From positions 1 to 38,543 of the forward strand of contig JALGVI010000027.1 in assembly GCA_029838215.1 (NCBI GenBank): a stretch of DNA of 38,543 nt. The letters run 5' to 3'. Below, piece by piece: positions 18,214-26,861 of the stretch. Made by a program: the position numbers and the translations under genes. Source of the DNA: Candidatus Helarchaeota archaeon (GTDB lineage: Archaea; Asgardarchaeota; Lokiarchaeia; Helarchaeales; RDOG01). Each line of letters starts with the position of its first letter. Positions within the stretch are counted from its first letter, which is position 1. The notes under the pieces are model-generated. The model was not told the DNA's origin. It worked only from the letters and a program-made list of their open reading frames with translations, and searched no databases.

Positions 18214-18690
18214 TTGAAGGAATATTATCCGACGATTTTTGAGAAATATTATCCAGAAATAGAGGCTTCTCTCGAGGATGAAAACCCCATATATCGATTT
18301 GTTGGAGTCTATGCAGAAAAGACGTTTACAAAAAACATTTCGCTGAAAGGTCTTTTTGTTTTCACGGATAAAAACATATATTTTCGCGGTAAAGCCAAGG
18401 CATCCTTTAATAAGGGTTGGGTTGACTATGCCCGTTCGGGTTCCAAGCAATTCGTGATGAAATATCCATTGGAAGCTTTGCGAGTTCTCAAGCAAGGAGG
18501 AAGCAAGTTCGTGATAAAATACGATTTAGGCTATACTCATGGAGAGAAATACGCAGGTAAGCTTAAAAAAATGGTAATGACGGTGAACAGGGGAAAAGAC
18601 GAAAAAGGCAAGGAACCAAAAGAAGAATGGCTGGGACGCATTGAAGAAATTAGAAAATTTATAGACGAAGCGATTGCGAAAAATTCCTGA
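18214..18690 (+). CDS. Hypothetical protein with probable PH-like (GRAM/bPH) fold
   Basis: KGLFVFTDKNIYF strand pair and a C-terminal amphipathic helix carrying Trp (EEWLGRIEEI). SD GGAGGT lies upstream of the TTG. Confidence 0.55.
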   Translation: MKEYYPTIFEKYYPEIEASLEDENPIYRFVGVYAEKTFTKNISLKGLFVFTDKNIYFRGKAKASFNKGWVDYARSGSKQFVMKYPLEALRVLKQGGSKFVIKYDLGYTHGEKYAGKLKKMVMTVNRGKDEKGKEPKEEWLGRIEEIRKFIDEAIAKNS

Positions 18691-18710
18691 AATGACAACT
18701 ATTAATTTGC

Positions 18711-18724
18711 TTTTCCTTTTTTTT
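18711..18724 (+). terminator. Archaeal oligo(T) terminator candidate
   Basis: TTTTCCTTTTTTTT about 20 nt after the stop at 18690. Confidence 0.35.
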
Positions 18725-18765
18725 CATTAGAAAAAATTTCCGATTATTATCTCGGCTGAAGAAGA

Positions 18766-19395
18766 ATGAGACAAGAAGAACAGGTTCAAGAAGAATTCCA
18801 TGAACTCTTAAACAGGATCAGGTGCAAGAGAAAGCGGTGCTCAGGACAAACTTTGGTACCGATCAAAATTTACGAAAAATCAAAATTTATTATTTCAGTA
18901 TTTCGTTGCCCGATTTGTCTAAAGAAGTATAACATTAGTTTTCCTTTAGACGTGCTTGAGGAATTGTTAGAATTAGTTAAATTTTCTTATTTTTATTGCG
19001 ATGTATGCGGAACTGATAATTTCGAGAAGTATACTCACGGATACGAAGCAAACCTAAGCAGACATAGAATTTTAATGAAGTGCAAGAAATGTAAAAAATT
19101 ACGTGCTAAAATTGCAACTAACAGGATCTGGAATGAAATTGCCAGTCGCGCTCATAAAGCATATAATAAGAGTTTTCCGGAGATAGAAGAAGTCGTGGAG
19201 GCTTTTGAAGAGAGACTGCCTTCACGAGCTATCGAAATGTGTCCCGAATGTAGCTTTCCTCTCAAACCGGATCATGTCTTTTGTGATAACTGTGGATTAC
19301 AAATAAGATGCGTGCAATGCAATGCAATCATACCTCAAAATTCCCTGTTCTGTGTGGAGTGTGGGACGAAGTTAGTCAAATCAGTAGATGAGTGA
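18766..19395 (+). CDS. Multi-zinc-ribbon protein (C-terminal double zinc ribbon)
   Basis: CxxC pairs: CPIC, CDVC, CKKC, CPEC, CDNC, CVQC and CVEC, plus an N-terminal C-x4-C. Confidence 0.7.
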   Translation: MRQEEQVQEEFHELLNRIRCKRKRCSGQTLVPIKIYEKSKFIISVFRCPICLKKYNISFPLDVLEELLELVKFSYFYCDVCGTDNFEKYTHGYEANLSRHRILMKCKKCKKLRAKIATNRIWNEIASRAHKAYNKSFPEIEEVVEAFEERLPSRAIEMCPECSFPLKPDHVFCDNCGLQIRCVQCNAIIPQNSLFCVECGTKLVKSVDE

Positions 19396-19427
19396 TGTTT
19401 TATCGAACTCAAAGATCCTGAATTTTA

Positions 19428-20735
19428 TCAAATTTTTTTCTTTTTCTTTGTTTTTTTGCTTTTCTTCGCTTTTTTTGCAGTTTTAGATTTTTTCGTTTTT
19501 TTCACTTTTTTCTTTTTGGCTTTTTTGAATTTCTTTTTCTTTTTCTTTTTCTTGGCTTTTACGGGTTTTTTCTTCAGGTCTTCGGGTTTGATGTTGAAAA
19601 GACGTCTTAATTCGTCTTCGATCTTTTTATCCTTGACTTTTTCTTTAATTTCGTCCTTAGGGATGAAAATCAGGTTTGACAGGTCTTGTATAGCCCGACT
19701 TTTAACAGAAGCAGATCTCGTTTTCAGGTAAGAGATGAAGGATTTTCGTGCCCGTTCCCGATCGTCTCCAGATAGGTTGTTGCATTTCGAGATGAAGTTT
19801 AAATCATTTTTTAGAAGCGATGAGATTGCCGAGATCTGCTGTTCGGTATTTGCTTCACCTTTATATGTTCGAAAAAAGAGCATCGTCGTTCCTCGGTCGG
19901 ATAATTCCGCAATGCGTTCGGAGATTGCAGAGATGTAAGAATCAAAGGATGATGCAATGAGCGAGAGTTTTTCCTCTAGCTGTTCCAATGCGGCATCATC
20001 CAACTGTTTTCGTAATGTTCTAAGTTTTTTTTGCTGTCCCATGATGATCTTTTTCTTTTCTTTGATTTGAGCAGCATAGTTCTTGATTTTTCGGATGTCC
20101 TGAGAGTCAATGGAAGCGAGATCGAGATTACTCAATTCGAAGCTGAACTTCAATGCTTCGGCAAGTTCCTGGCGTGATGCACCGAGTTCCGCAAATTCCG
20201 TGATTAGTGCTTGGACTTCTTGGATGGTTTTTTGCAATTGTTGGATTTTATTTTCAGCATCGAGTAGTTTTTGAATGATTTTACAAAATTCGGAGTGAAA
20301 ATTTTCTAGAAAGGTATCGATGGCATCAGAACCTTTATTTTTGGCTTCAATCTTCGTGATTATTTTGGTAACTTCGGTTAAATGTTCTTCGAATAGGTCA
20401 ACATTCTTATGCACGATGGAATCAGCATCCTCTGTAAAAAGCAGGGAGAGCGTGGCATTACGGGCGCCACCCCGTGCAGTCGAATCCTGAATTTCGAAAA
20501 ATTTCACGAGTGCAAGCATGTCAATCGTCGTGAGAGGAACAATTGAAACGAGTTCAGGCACCTCACCTTTATCACCAGCCATGATATTCATTGTTTTTAA
20601 AGCAACTAATTGTTTAACATTTACAGGTTGGTTTGGATACCATGCCATTGGTTTTGGTCCGATTTTCTCGAATCGAGAATAAATGACGCCCTTAAAAATA
20701 TCAACGGGACTCCCTACACCTGCTTCGTCAACCAT
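19428..20735 (-). CDS. Folliculin/uDENN-like longin domain protein with coiled coil and Lys-rich tail
   Basis: GVIYSRFEKIGPKP..., then DSTARGGARNATLSLLF (compare the folliculin D..ARG..R motif), heptad-rich middle, and 34 Lys among the last 48 residues. Confidence 0.62.
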   Translation of the reverse strand: MVDEAGVGSPVDIFKGVIYSRFEKIGPKPMAWYPNQPVNVKQLVALKTMNIMAGDKGEVPELVSIVPLTTIDMLALVKFFEIQDSTARGGARNATLSLLFTEDADSIVHKNVDLFEEHLTEVTKIITKIEAKNKGSDAIDTFLENFHSEFCKIIQKLLDAENKIQQLQKTIQEVQALITEFAELGASRQELAEALKFSFELSNLDLASIDSQDIRKIKNYAAQIKEKKKIIMGQQKKLRTLRKQLDDAALEQLEEKLSLIASSFDSYISAISERIAELSDRGTTMLFFRTYKGEANTEQQISAISSLLKNDLNFISKCNNLSGDDRERARKSFISYLKTRSASVKSRAIQDLSNLIFIPKDEIKEKVKDKKIEDELRRLFNIKPEDLKKKPVKAKKKKKKKKFKKAKKKKVKKTKKSKTAKKAKKSKKTKKKKKI

Positions 20736-20952
20736 TTACACACCAGACTCGAAATCCAGATTTCACCATGGTTTCTTTTCCTAGTTTAAATTCAAAGAAA
20801 ATTTATTTTTAAACAGCCTCGGTCAAGTAATTTCATTCATTCTAATTTATTCGTAGAATAAATATTATGTTAATCAGATTTTTAATTAATCTAAAATCAA
20901 GAATTATAATTCCTTATTCAAAGATGGCAAGTAAAATATTGAAGAGATCAAA

Positions 20953-21468
20953 ATGAGCGATATAGATCCAATACAGGAAAAGTTTGCAGCAAAAGTGGAA
21001 GAGCTCAAGCGAGTCCTGCCGATAAAGTATGAGGGATCCAATTTTTCGGATCAGAATTGTGCCGCCTTGACCATGACTGCATTGTTAGAAGTGCTTGGTA
21101 TTGAAGATCAAAATGCGATAAACATGGCATCATGCACGGCGAGCGTTGCGGGCGTGTGTGGTGCGGTTAATGCGGGATTAATGGGAGTGGGCATGATCAT
21201 AGGAGGGCGCGGAAAGAAGCGAGTCCATCAGTTAAAAGCGGCTACAGAGGCTTTGAAGTTCCTCAGAAGATTTGAAAAGAAGTTTGGCTCCTATCAATGT
21301 AAGGTATTGACGGGAGGATTGGACTTGCGTAAAATGGACGACATGACCCGATATATCAAAGAAAATAAATGGAAAAAAACTTGTCATTATTTTGTAATTG
21401 AAAGCATCGATCTTTTGGGCAAGTTATTTAAAAAACCGCTAAAACGGCATTTCTCAAACATTCAGTAG
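20953..21468 (+). CDS. C_GCAxxG_C_C family redox-active protein
   Basis: NCAA...GVCGAVNAG...FGSYQCKVLTG...C, the family's cysteine spacing. Confidence 0.8.
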   Translation: MSDIDPIQEKFAAKVEELKRVLPIKYEGSNFSDQNCAALTMTALLEVLGIEDQNAINMASCTASVAGVCGAVNAGLMGVGMIIGGRGKKRVHQLKAATEALKFLRRFEKKFGSYQCKVLTGGLDLRKMDDMTRYIKENKWKKTCHYFVIESIDLLGKLFKKPLKRHFSNIQ

Positions 21469-21531
21469 TGTACCTAATGTCATTTTCGTTTCACTGGCAT
21501 CGGAAGATCGTTAATTAATTAGCTCTTTTAA

Positions 21532-22314
21532 TCATTTTTTCCTATTTTTTCTCAGAAAATTCTCAACCAAGTCCTTTGATTGTTCGGTTTCCTTTAGCTC
21601 ATGAATAAAGTCCAGTTCCAGATTTAGTCCTTCATTAATTCCTTTCATCACGGAATTATTTATTGCCTTTTTTGCTAATTTTAGTGCGTGAGGGCTTTTT
21701 TTTGCAAGTTTGCGTGCCAATTTCGTGGTTTCTTCATTCAATTTGGATCGAGGAACCATCTTGTTTATCAGACCGATTTTTTCTGCTTTGCTTGCATCGA
21801 TGAAATCCCCAGTCATTATCATTTCAAGAGCTCTTGCTTTTCCGATCAATCGAGGTAATCTTTGCGTGCCGCCTGCCGCAGGAATTATGCCCAGATTAAT
21901 TTCAGGAAATCCAAATGATGAATTTTCCGTGGCAATTCGAAAATCGCAGGCTAACGCCAGTTCAGCTCCGCCACCGAGTGCATAACCATTAATTGCTGCG
22001 ATCACGGGCTTTTTTGAATTTTCGATTTTATTTGTAATTTCTTGCAATGGTCTAAAATCTTCCTTTGATCTAGTTGCAAACTCCTCCACGTCGTCTCCTG
22101 CTATAAAAGATTTTTCGCCGGCACCCGAAATTATGATGACACGGATCTTGTCATCATGTTCGAGACAATCTAGAGCATCCAGAAATTCCTGTTTTACTAA
22201 TTTATTGAAAGCATTCATTTTTTCGGGTCGATTGACCGTGATGTATCCGAGGTCTTCGTCTTTTTTGAGAATTACGTGCTTGTACGTCATTTTCTTCACT
22301 AAATCAACAATCAT
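21532..22314 (-). CDS. Enoyl-CoA hydratase (crotonase)
   Basis: NRPEKMNAFN, FIAGDD, GYALGGGAELALACDFRIA and PEINLGIIPAAGGTQRLPR (both catalytic Glu present). Confidence 0.92.
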   Translation of the reverse strand: MIVDLVKKMTYKHVILKKDEDLGYITVNRPEKMNAFNKLVKQEFLDALDCLEHDDKIRVIIISGAGEKSFIAGDDVEEFATRSKEDFRPLQEITNKIENSKKPVIAAINGYALGGGAELALACDFRIATENSSFGFPEINLGIIPAAGGTQRLPRLIGKARALEMIMTGDFIDASKAEKIGLINKMVPRSKLNEETTKLARKLAKKSPHALKLAKKAINNSVMKGINEGLNLELDFIHELKETEQSKDLVENFLRKNRKK

Positions 22315-23171
22315 TCATACTCATAGAAGCCTTTCTTCGATTTTCTACCGAGCAACTTGCCGTGCACCATTTTAGTTAAGAGAGGACTTGGCCTGTAAGC
22401 ATCACCCAGTTCTTTAGACAGGTACCGACCGATATGTAGATACACGTCGTTTCCGATTAAATCAGCCAATTCTAATGGTCCCATTGGAAAATTAAAAGCC
22501 AATTTACAGGCAGTATCTATATCTTCTGCGCTTGCCACACCCTGCATTAACATGTTAACAGCTTCATTAGCCATGACGTATATAAGACGTGATGTAACAA
22601 AGCCGGGCGAATCGTTTACAGTCACGACGACTTTTTTTAGGCTTTCTGAGAAGGTTTTCGATTGCTTCACGACATCCTCGGATGTATTAACTCCTTTAAC
22701 CAGTTCAATTAATTTCATGACTGGAGCGGGATTAAAGAAATGAATTCCAATAATCCTGTTTTGATGCCTTGCCAAAGATGCCATTTCCGTGATGCTCAAG
22801 GAAGAAGTATTCGAAGCGAGAATCACGTCAGGAGAGCATGTTTCATCGAGTTCCTTGAAAAGATCCTTTTTAAGATTCATGTCTTCGAAAACTGCTTCAA
22901 TTACGATGTCAGCGTCCTTCGCGGCTTCAGTTCTCACGGTAAATGATTTGATTCGATTAATTACCTTGTCGGCTTCTTCCTCCGTCATTTTATTCCTTGC
23001 AACAAAAAAGCGTTCGAGATTTTTTTTGATGGCTGCAATGGCTTTAGAAAGAATTTCATCATTAACATCAACAAGGTTCACGTTGTAACCAGAACTGGCA
23101 CATAATTGGGCAATTCCTGCTCCCATTGTTCCTGCACCAATAACGCAAACGTTCTTTATTGTCATTATCAA
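22311..23171 (-). CDS. hbd: 3-hydroxyacyl-CoA (3-hydroxybutyryl-CoA) dehydrogenase
   Basis: GAGTMGAGIAQ, EAVFED, SNTSSLSI, GIHFFNPAP, PMGPLELADLIG and LGRKSKKGFY. Confidence 0.92.
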   Translation of the reverse strand: MIMTIKNVCVIGAGTMGAGIAQLCASSGYNVNLVDVNDEILSKAIAAIKKNLERFFVARNKMTEEEADKVINRIKSFTVRTEAAKDADIVIEAVFEDMNLKKDLFKELDETCSPDVILASNTSSLSITEMASLARHQNRIIGIHFFNPAPVMKLIELVKGVNTSEDVVKQSKTFSESLKKVVVTVNDSPGFVTSRLIYVMANEAVNMLMQGVASAEDIDTACKLAFNFPMGPLELADLIGNDVYLHIGRYLSKELGDAYRPSPLLTKMVHGKLLGRKSKKGFYEYE

Positions 23172-23965
23172 TCACCTTGACCCATTTTTTTTCTAAAATT
23201 GGGTTTTCGTTTTTCTAAAAACGCATTTTTTCCTTCGACGGCTTCTTCCGTGCCGTAATATAAAGAGAGCCCTCCCACGCCTAAATGAGTGATGCCAGTT
23301 GTTCCATCAGTTTCTGCCAGAAATGCATATTTTAGCATTTTGAGTGCTGTAGGGCTTTTTTCCAAGAGTTCTTGACACCATCGGTCAACCTCTTCATCCA
23401 GTTTTTCCATTGGTACAACGGCATTCACGAGTCCAATTTGGAGAGCCTGTTGAGCGGTATAGCGGCGACAAAGAAACCAGATTTCTTTTGCTCGTTTCAT
23501 GCCTACGGCTCGCATTAAATCACCAGTTCCATATCCCGGATCGAAAGACCCCACTCGCGGTCCAGCTTGCCCAAGTTGTGCATGTTCAGCAGCAATACTA
23601 AGGTCGCAGACCACGTGCCATACGTGTCCTCCTCCTATTGCATATCCATTTACTCGTGCAATAACGGGTTTTGGCAAGGTACGGATCTGGTGAGTCACGT
23701 GTTGCCAGCCGACCTCTAACGGTAGTAGGTAAGTTCCTTTATAACCGCCTTTCTCGCGTGTCGTCTGATCTCCTCCAGTACAGAATGCCTTGTCTCCAGC
23801 ACCAGTAAACACGACCACGCCAATATCATTATCCATGCATCTATTAAACGCATCGATTAACTCATGAACGGTATGCTGAGTGCATGCGTTATAGCGTTGG
23901 GGTCGGTTTATTGTTATTCGAGCAATACCATTCTTTTTTTCAAATAAAATATCTTCATATGTCAA
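23168..23965 (-). CDS. MenB/BadI-like crotonase-superfamily enzyme (naphthoyl-CoA synthase or cyclic beta-ketoacyl-CoA hydrolase)
   Basis: FCTGGDQ, GYAIGGGHV, GPRVGSFDPGYG, AKEIWFLCRRY, SPTAL and LYYGTEEAVEG. Confidence 0.85.
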   Translation of the reverse strand: MTYEDILFEKKNGIARITINRPQRYNACTQHTVHELIDAFNRCMDNDIGVVVFTGAGDKAFCTGGDQTTREKGGYKGTYLLPLEVGWQHVTHQIRTLPKPVIARVNGYAIGGGHVWHVVCDLSIAAEHAQLGQAGPRVGSFDPGYGTGDLMRAVGMKRAKEIWFLCRRYTAQQALQIGLVNAVVPMEKLDEEVDRWCQELLEKSPTALKMLKYAFLAETDGTTGITHLGVGGLSLYYGTEEAVEGKNAFLEKRKPNFRKKMGQGD

Positions 23966-24165
23966 GATCTTCGTCTCCGTTCTTTTTTTTAAAATCCCAG
24001 TTATTTCTTATCTTCAATTCTCATTCTAAAACATTTATAATTATTCTTTCCGATAACATTACAAAGACGGCATTTCATTTCTCATCAAAATATTGGAACT
24101 TCATCATTAGTTTAAAAAGAAACTCAATTAAGTTTGACAAATCACTGAAGGAGAAGGCTCAGCCA

Positions 24166-24708
24166 ATGGCACTGATTTATTTAACAAGGAAAAAAGCTTT
24201 GGCAATCCTTAAAAAAGAAGGGCTGAGCAAGAATATAATTGAACATTCAATAAAAGTCTCAAAAAAAGCCGTCAAGCTTGCTAAGAAAATTAGGGTTAAA
24301 GTTCCTGACGTGGACGTGGATTTAGTAGAAATAGGGGCATTATTGCACGATTTAGGGCGGTCAAGGCGTCACGATTGGGAGCACGGTATTGAAGGTGCCA
24401 AGATTATCCGAACTCTTGACGTGCAAAACAAGGAGAAGTTGGCAAGAATTGCAGAAACACATCTATTAGGGGGATTAAGTCCAGAAGATTGTCGAGAAGT
24501 TGGCATTCCCGAAGGAAATTATGTTCCCGAGACACTAGAAGAAAAAATAGTATCACATGCGGATAAGTTAACGAAGGGATCTCATTACGTTTCGCTAGAA
24601 GAACGATTTGAAATTTGGTTCGAAAAATATGGTCAAACGCGCATTTTGGAAGAAGCATTCAGACGTGCAAAAAAAACGGAAGAGGAAATTCAGAAATTAT
24701 TGATATGA
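24166..24708 (+). CDS. HD-domain phosphohydrolase (archaeal TIGR00295-like)
   Basis: IIEHS, ALLHDLGR, HGIEGA, ETH..GG, PETLEEKIVSHADKL. The start was moved to ATG24166 (MALIYL). Confidence 0.85.
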   Translation: MALIYLTRKKALAILKKEGLSKNIIEHSIKVSKKAVKLAKKIRVKVPDVDVDLVEIGALLHDLGRSRRHDWEHGIEGAKIIRTLDVQNKEKLARIAETHLLGGLSPEDCREVGIPEGNYVPETLEEKIVSHADKLTKGSHYVSLEERFEIWFEKYGQTRILEEAFRRAKKTEEEIQKLLI

Positions 24709-24712
24709 TGAT

Positions 24713-25639
24713 TTAAATGATTCCATCCCTGGCACCTTGAAAAAGATATACTTGTGCAAGTCCACCCCACGTTCCGAACGTATCCAGAAAAAAAGTTTCG
24801 ACTTCTTCATGCTTCAATTTCTTTCCATTAAAGTAAACTCTAGAAACGATCCTCAATATCCATCGATCTACGGGCACGGCTTCCTTGAATCCTAATCCGT
24901 AGAGTAAAAACATGTTAGCGACTTTATTTCCAATGCCCTTAATTTTCAATAACTCCTGCTTGGCGTCCACTCTTGATCTTGCTTTTAAATCTTGGAAAAA
25001 ACGTGGATTGTTCTTGACCATGCAGGCACAAAGTTGAAGATATTCCGCTCTGTAACCCGCCTTGCATTCACGAATGGAGTCCAAATCTTGACTACACAAG
25101 CATTCAGGAGTTAAAAAAGAATGCAAGTCAAAGCCAGCCAATTTAGTACAAAAGTTTTTTTTGATTGCCCGCACCACGCGAGTCCACTGCTCGATGCTAC
25201 AATTTTGAGTTAGAACAGAACACGTCAGGCTTTCGAAAAGATCAATCGGTTTCGTCAGGCTCATTCCTCGATATTGCACCATGCACTTTTTTATTTTTGA
25301 ATCCGAGAATTCACCATAAAAATCGTCCAGTTTTTCATCGAAACCCAAAATGGATGTCAATTTCTGCTTGACTTGTAGTCTTATCCTTGACTCCTCGTGG
25401 TTTTCCTGTAGTAGATAAATTTTAATTTGGAAGATTTTTGGAGATTTTTGTGAAATGGATACGGGATAATTTTCAGATTCGAGCGGAATTAAGAATAAAT
25501 AACCTTGCTTCATCTTTGTTGGTGCTGGAAATGAAGAATGACCTGAATTAATTGTAAGATCAAGACTATATGGAGTGTCGAGGATTAGTTCATCTTCAAT
25601 TTTTTCATGAGATATTTTTGACGACCTCGAGGATTTCAT
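24713..25639 (-). CDS. HhH-GPD DNA glycosylase, OGG1/AlkA-like (8-oxoguanine glycosylase)
   Basis: GYRAEYL, HhH LLKIKGIGNKVA with Lys, and VPVDRW with Asp. The start is uncertain (ATG25639 was chosen). Confidence 0.82.
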   Translation of the reverse strand: MKSSRSSKISHEKIEDELILDTPYSLDLTINSGHSSFPAPTKMKQGYLFLIPLESENYPVSISQKSPKIFQIKIYLLQENHEESRIRLQVKQKLTSILGFDEKLDDFYGEFSDSKIKKCMVQYRGMSLTKPIDLFESLTCSVLTQNCSIEQWTRVVRAIKKNFCTKLAGFDLHSFLTPECLCSQDLDSIRECKAGYRAEYLQLCACMVKNNPRFFQDLKARSRVDAKQELLKIKGIGNKVANMFLLYGLGFKEAVPVDRWILRIVSRVYFNGKKLKHEEVETFFLDTFGTWGGLAQVYLFQGARDGII

Positions 25640-26189
25640 TTGGATGGGAAAGAACCGTGATTCCATCCATTTTTCGGAGCTTTTCCACTTGTTCCAAATC
25701 AATCTTTCTTGAATGCAAGGTAAGTTTCTTTCCGTTTGGCAGCTCTGTCACGATATCTCCAACGCGTTGGTCCACGGGATAAATGTAAACAGGAATGCCA
25801 CCTTTAATGGTTTGAGCTATCGCATTGGTGATGAGCGTGTCAGCAATGCCCACGGCAACCTTTGCGGCTGAATTGCCAGTAAGGGGAGAGACAAACAAGA
25901 ATTCATATTTACCAGTTTGAAGGGGTCCCACGATGAATGGTATGTTCGGTCCTTTTGCAATTCTAATGTCTTCAAATGTTTCTTTTATCGAATTTAGTAG
26001 TTTGTACCATTTTAGCACGAACACGCCTTCTTTTGAGATTATCACCGTGATCTTGAAATCATATTTCTCTCTAATTTGTTTCATTACTTCCAGTGTTTCC
26101 AGCAGGAAGTCGCCAGCACCAGTAATTCCCCAACAAATCATTTTTTTCCTTGTCATCTTAGAGCTCTCCTTTAAAATTAGATACACCAT
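25605..26189 (-). CDS. afpA: Archaeoflavoprotein AfpA
   Basis: CWGITGAGD, KWYKL, PFIVGPLQTGKYEFL, GNSAAKVAVGIADTLITNA and LPNGKKLTL...RKIDLEQVEKL. Confidence 0.88.
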   Translation of the reverse strand: MVYLILKESSKMTRKKMICWGITGAGDFLLETLEVMKQIREKYDFKITVIISKEGVFVLKWYKLLNSIKETFEDIRIAKGPNIPFIVGPLQTGKYEFLFVSPLTGNSAAKVAVGIADTLITNAIAQTIKGGIPVYIYPVDQRVGDIVTELPNGKKLTLHSRKIDLEQVEKLRKMDGITVLSHPNEILEVVKNIS

Positions 26190-26249
26190 TACTGCTTGGT
26201 TAAAGCAATTTATAATAAGCTTGTGGAGAAATAACGTGCATAAAAAAAA

Positions 26250-26660
26250 TTAATCGGATTTGTTGTTGAAATAATTGAAAATGTGGTCAACGATCATTTT
26301 TGTTGGTGTTCCCGGACCAAAGACTTCGTTGATACCAATACGTTTCAATTCTTCAATTTCTTCCTTGATGATAATGGTTCCACCTGCAAGGTATAATTTT
26401 TGCTCGGGACCGATTCCTTCCTTGCGTCCTAAGTCGATTATTTTTGGTATGAGAGTCATGTGAGCACCACTCAGAATGGACACGCCGATTGCGTCGACAT
26501 CTTCTTGGAGTGCCGCTTCGATTATTTGTTCAGGTGTTTGGTGTAAGCCGGTATAAATAACTTCCATTCCTGCATCTCGGAGAGCCATGCTCACTACTTT
26601 TGCACCGCGATCGTGTCCATCAAGACCGGGTTTTGACATTAAAAATCTAATTTTAGCCAT
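26250..26660 (-). CDS. B12-binding small subunit of an acyl-CoA mutase (MCM/ICM C-terminal domain)
   Basis: [14 protein letters not shown] (DxHxxG), SILSGAH and GGTI. The start was moved to ATG26660. Confidence 0.93.
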   Translation of the reverse strand: MAKIRFLMSKPGLDGHDRGAKVVSMALRDAGMEVIYTGLHQTPEQIIEAALQEDVDAIGVSILSGAHMTLIPKIIDLGRKEGIGPEQKLYLAGGTIIIKEEIEELKRIGINEVFGPGTPTKMIVDHIFNYFNNKSD

Positions 26661-26861
26661 GATGATTCCTTTTCCATTTGTCAATTGAAATTTTTTGTTT
26701 TCGGGACTCAAACATCAAGTTCTTATCTCTCTTATCAGGAGTTGATGAAATCCTAGTGGAACATGATAAGTTTTATTTAATTCTATTATAAGTATTACTA
26801 AAAGTTAAAAGAAATTTTATATTAAATTTTTTACCGAAATTTCACGTTCACGCATTAGGAC

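Noticed and set aside
19456-19938. Plus-strand Phe-rich ORFs
   Set aside because: Antisense shadows of the Lys-rich tail and coiled coil of the minus-strand gene.
20728-20769. 13-aa uORF overlapping the start of the DENN-like gene
   Set aside because: Short, with no clear SD or meaningful composition; expected by chance.
23168-23965. Firm menB (menaquinone) call
   Set aside because: BadI-like DPGYG motif, beta-oxidation context and no other men genes in the window; left as MenB/BadI-like.
26712-26861. Cobalamin riboswitch between the mutase subunit genes
   Set aside because: The interval is short and very AT-rich, with no B12-box or GC stems.
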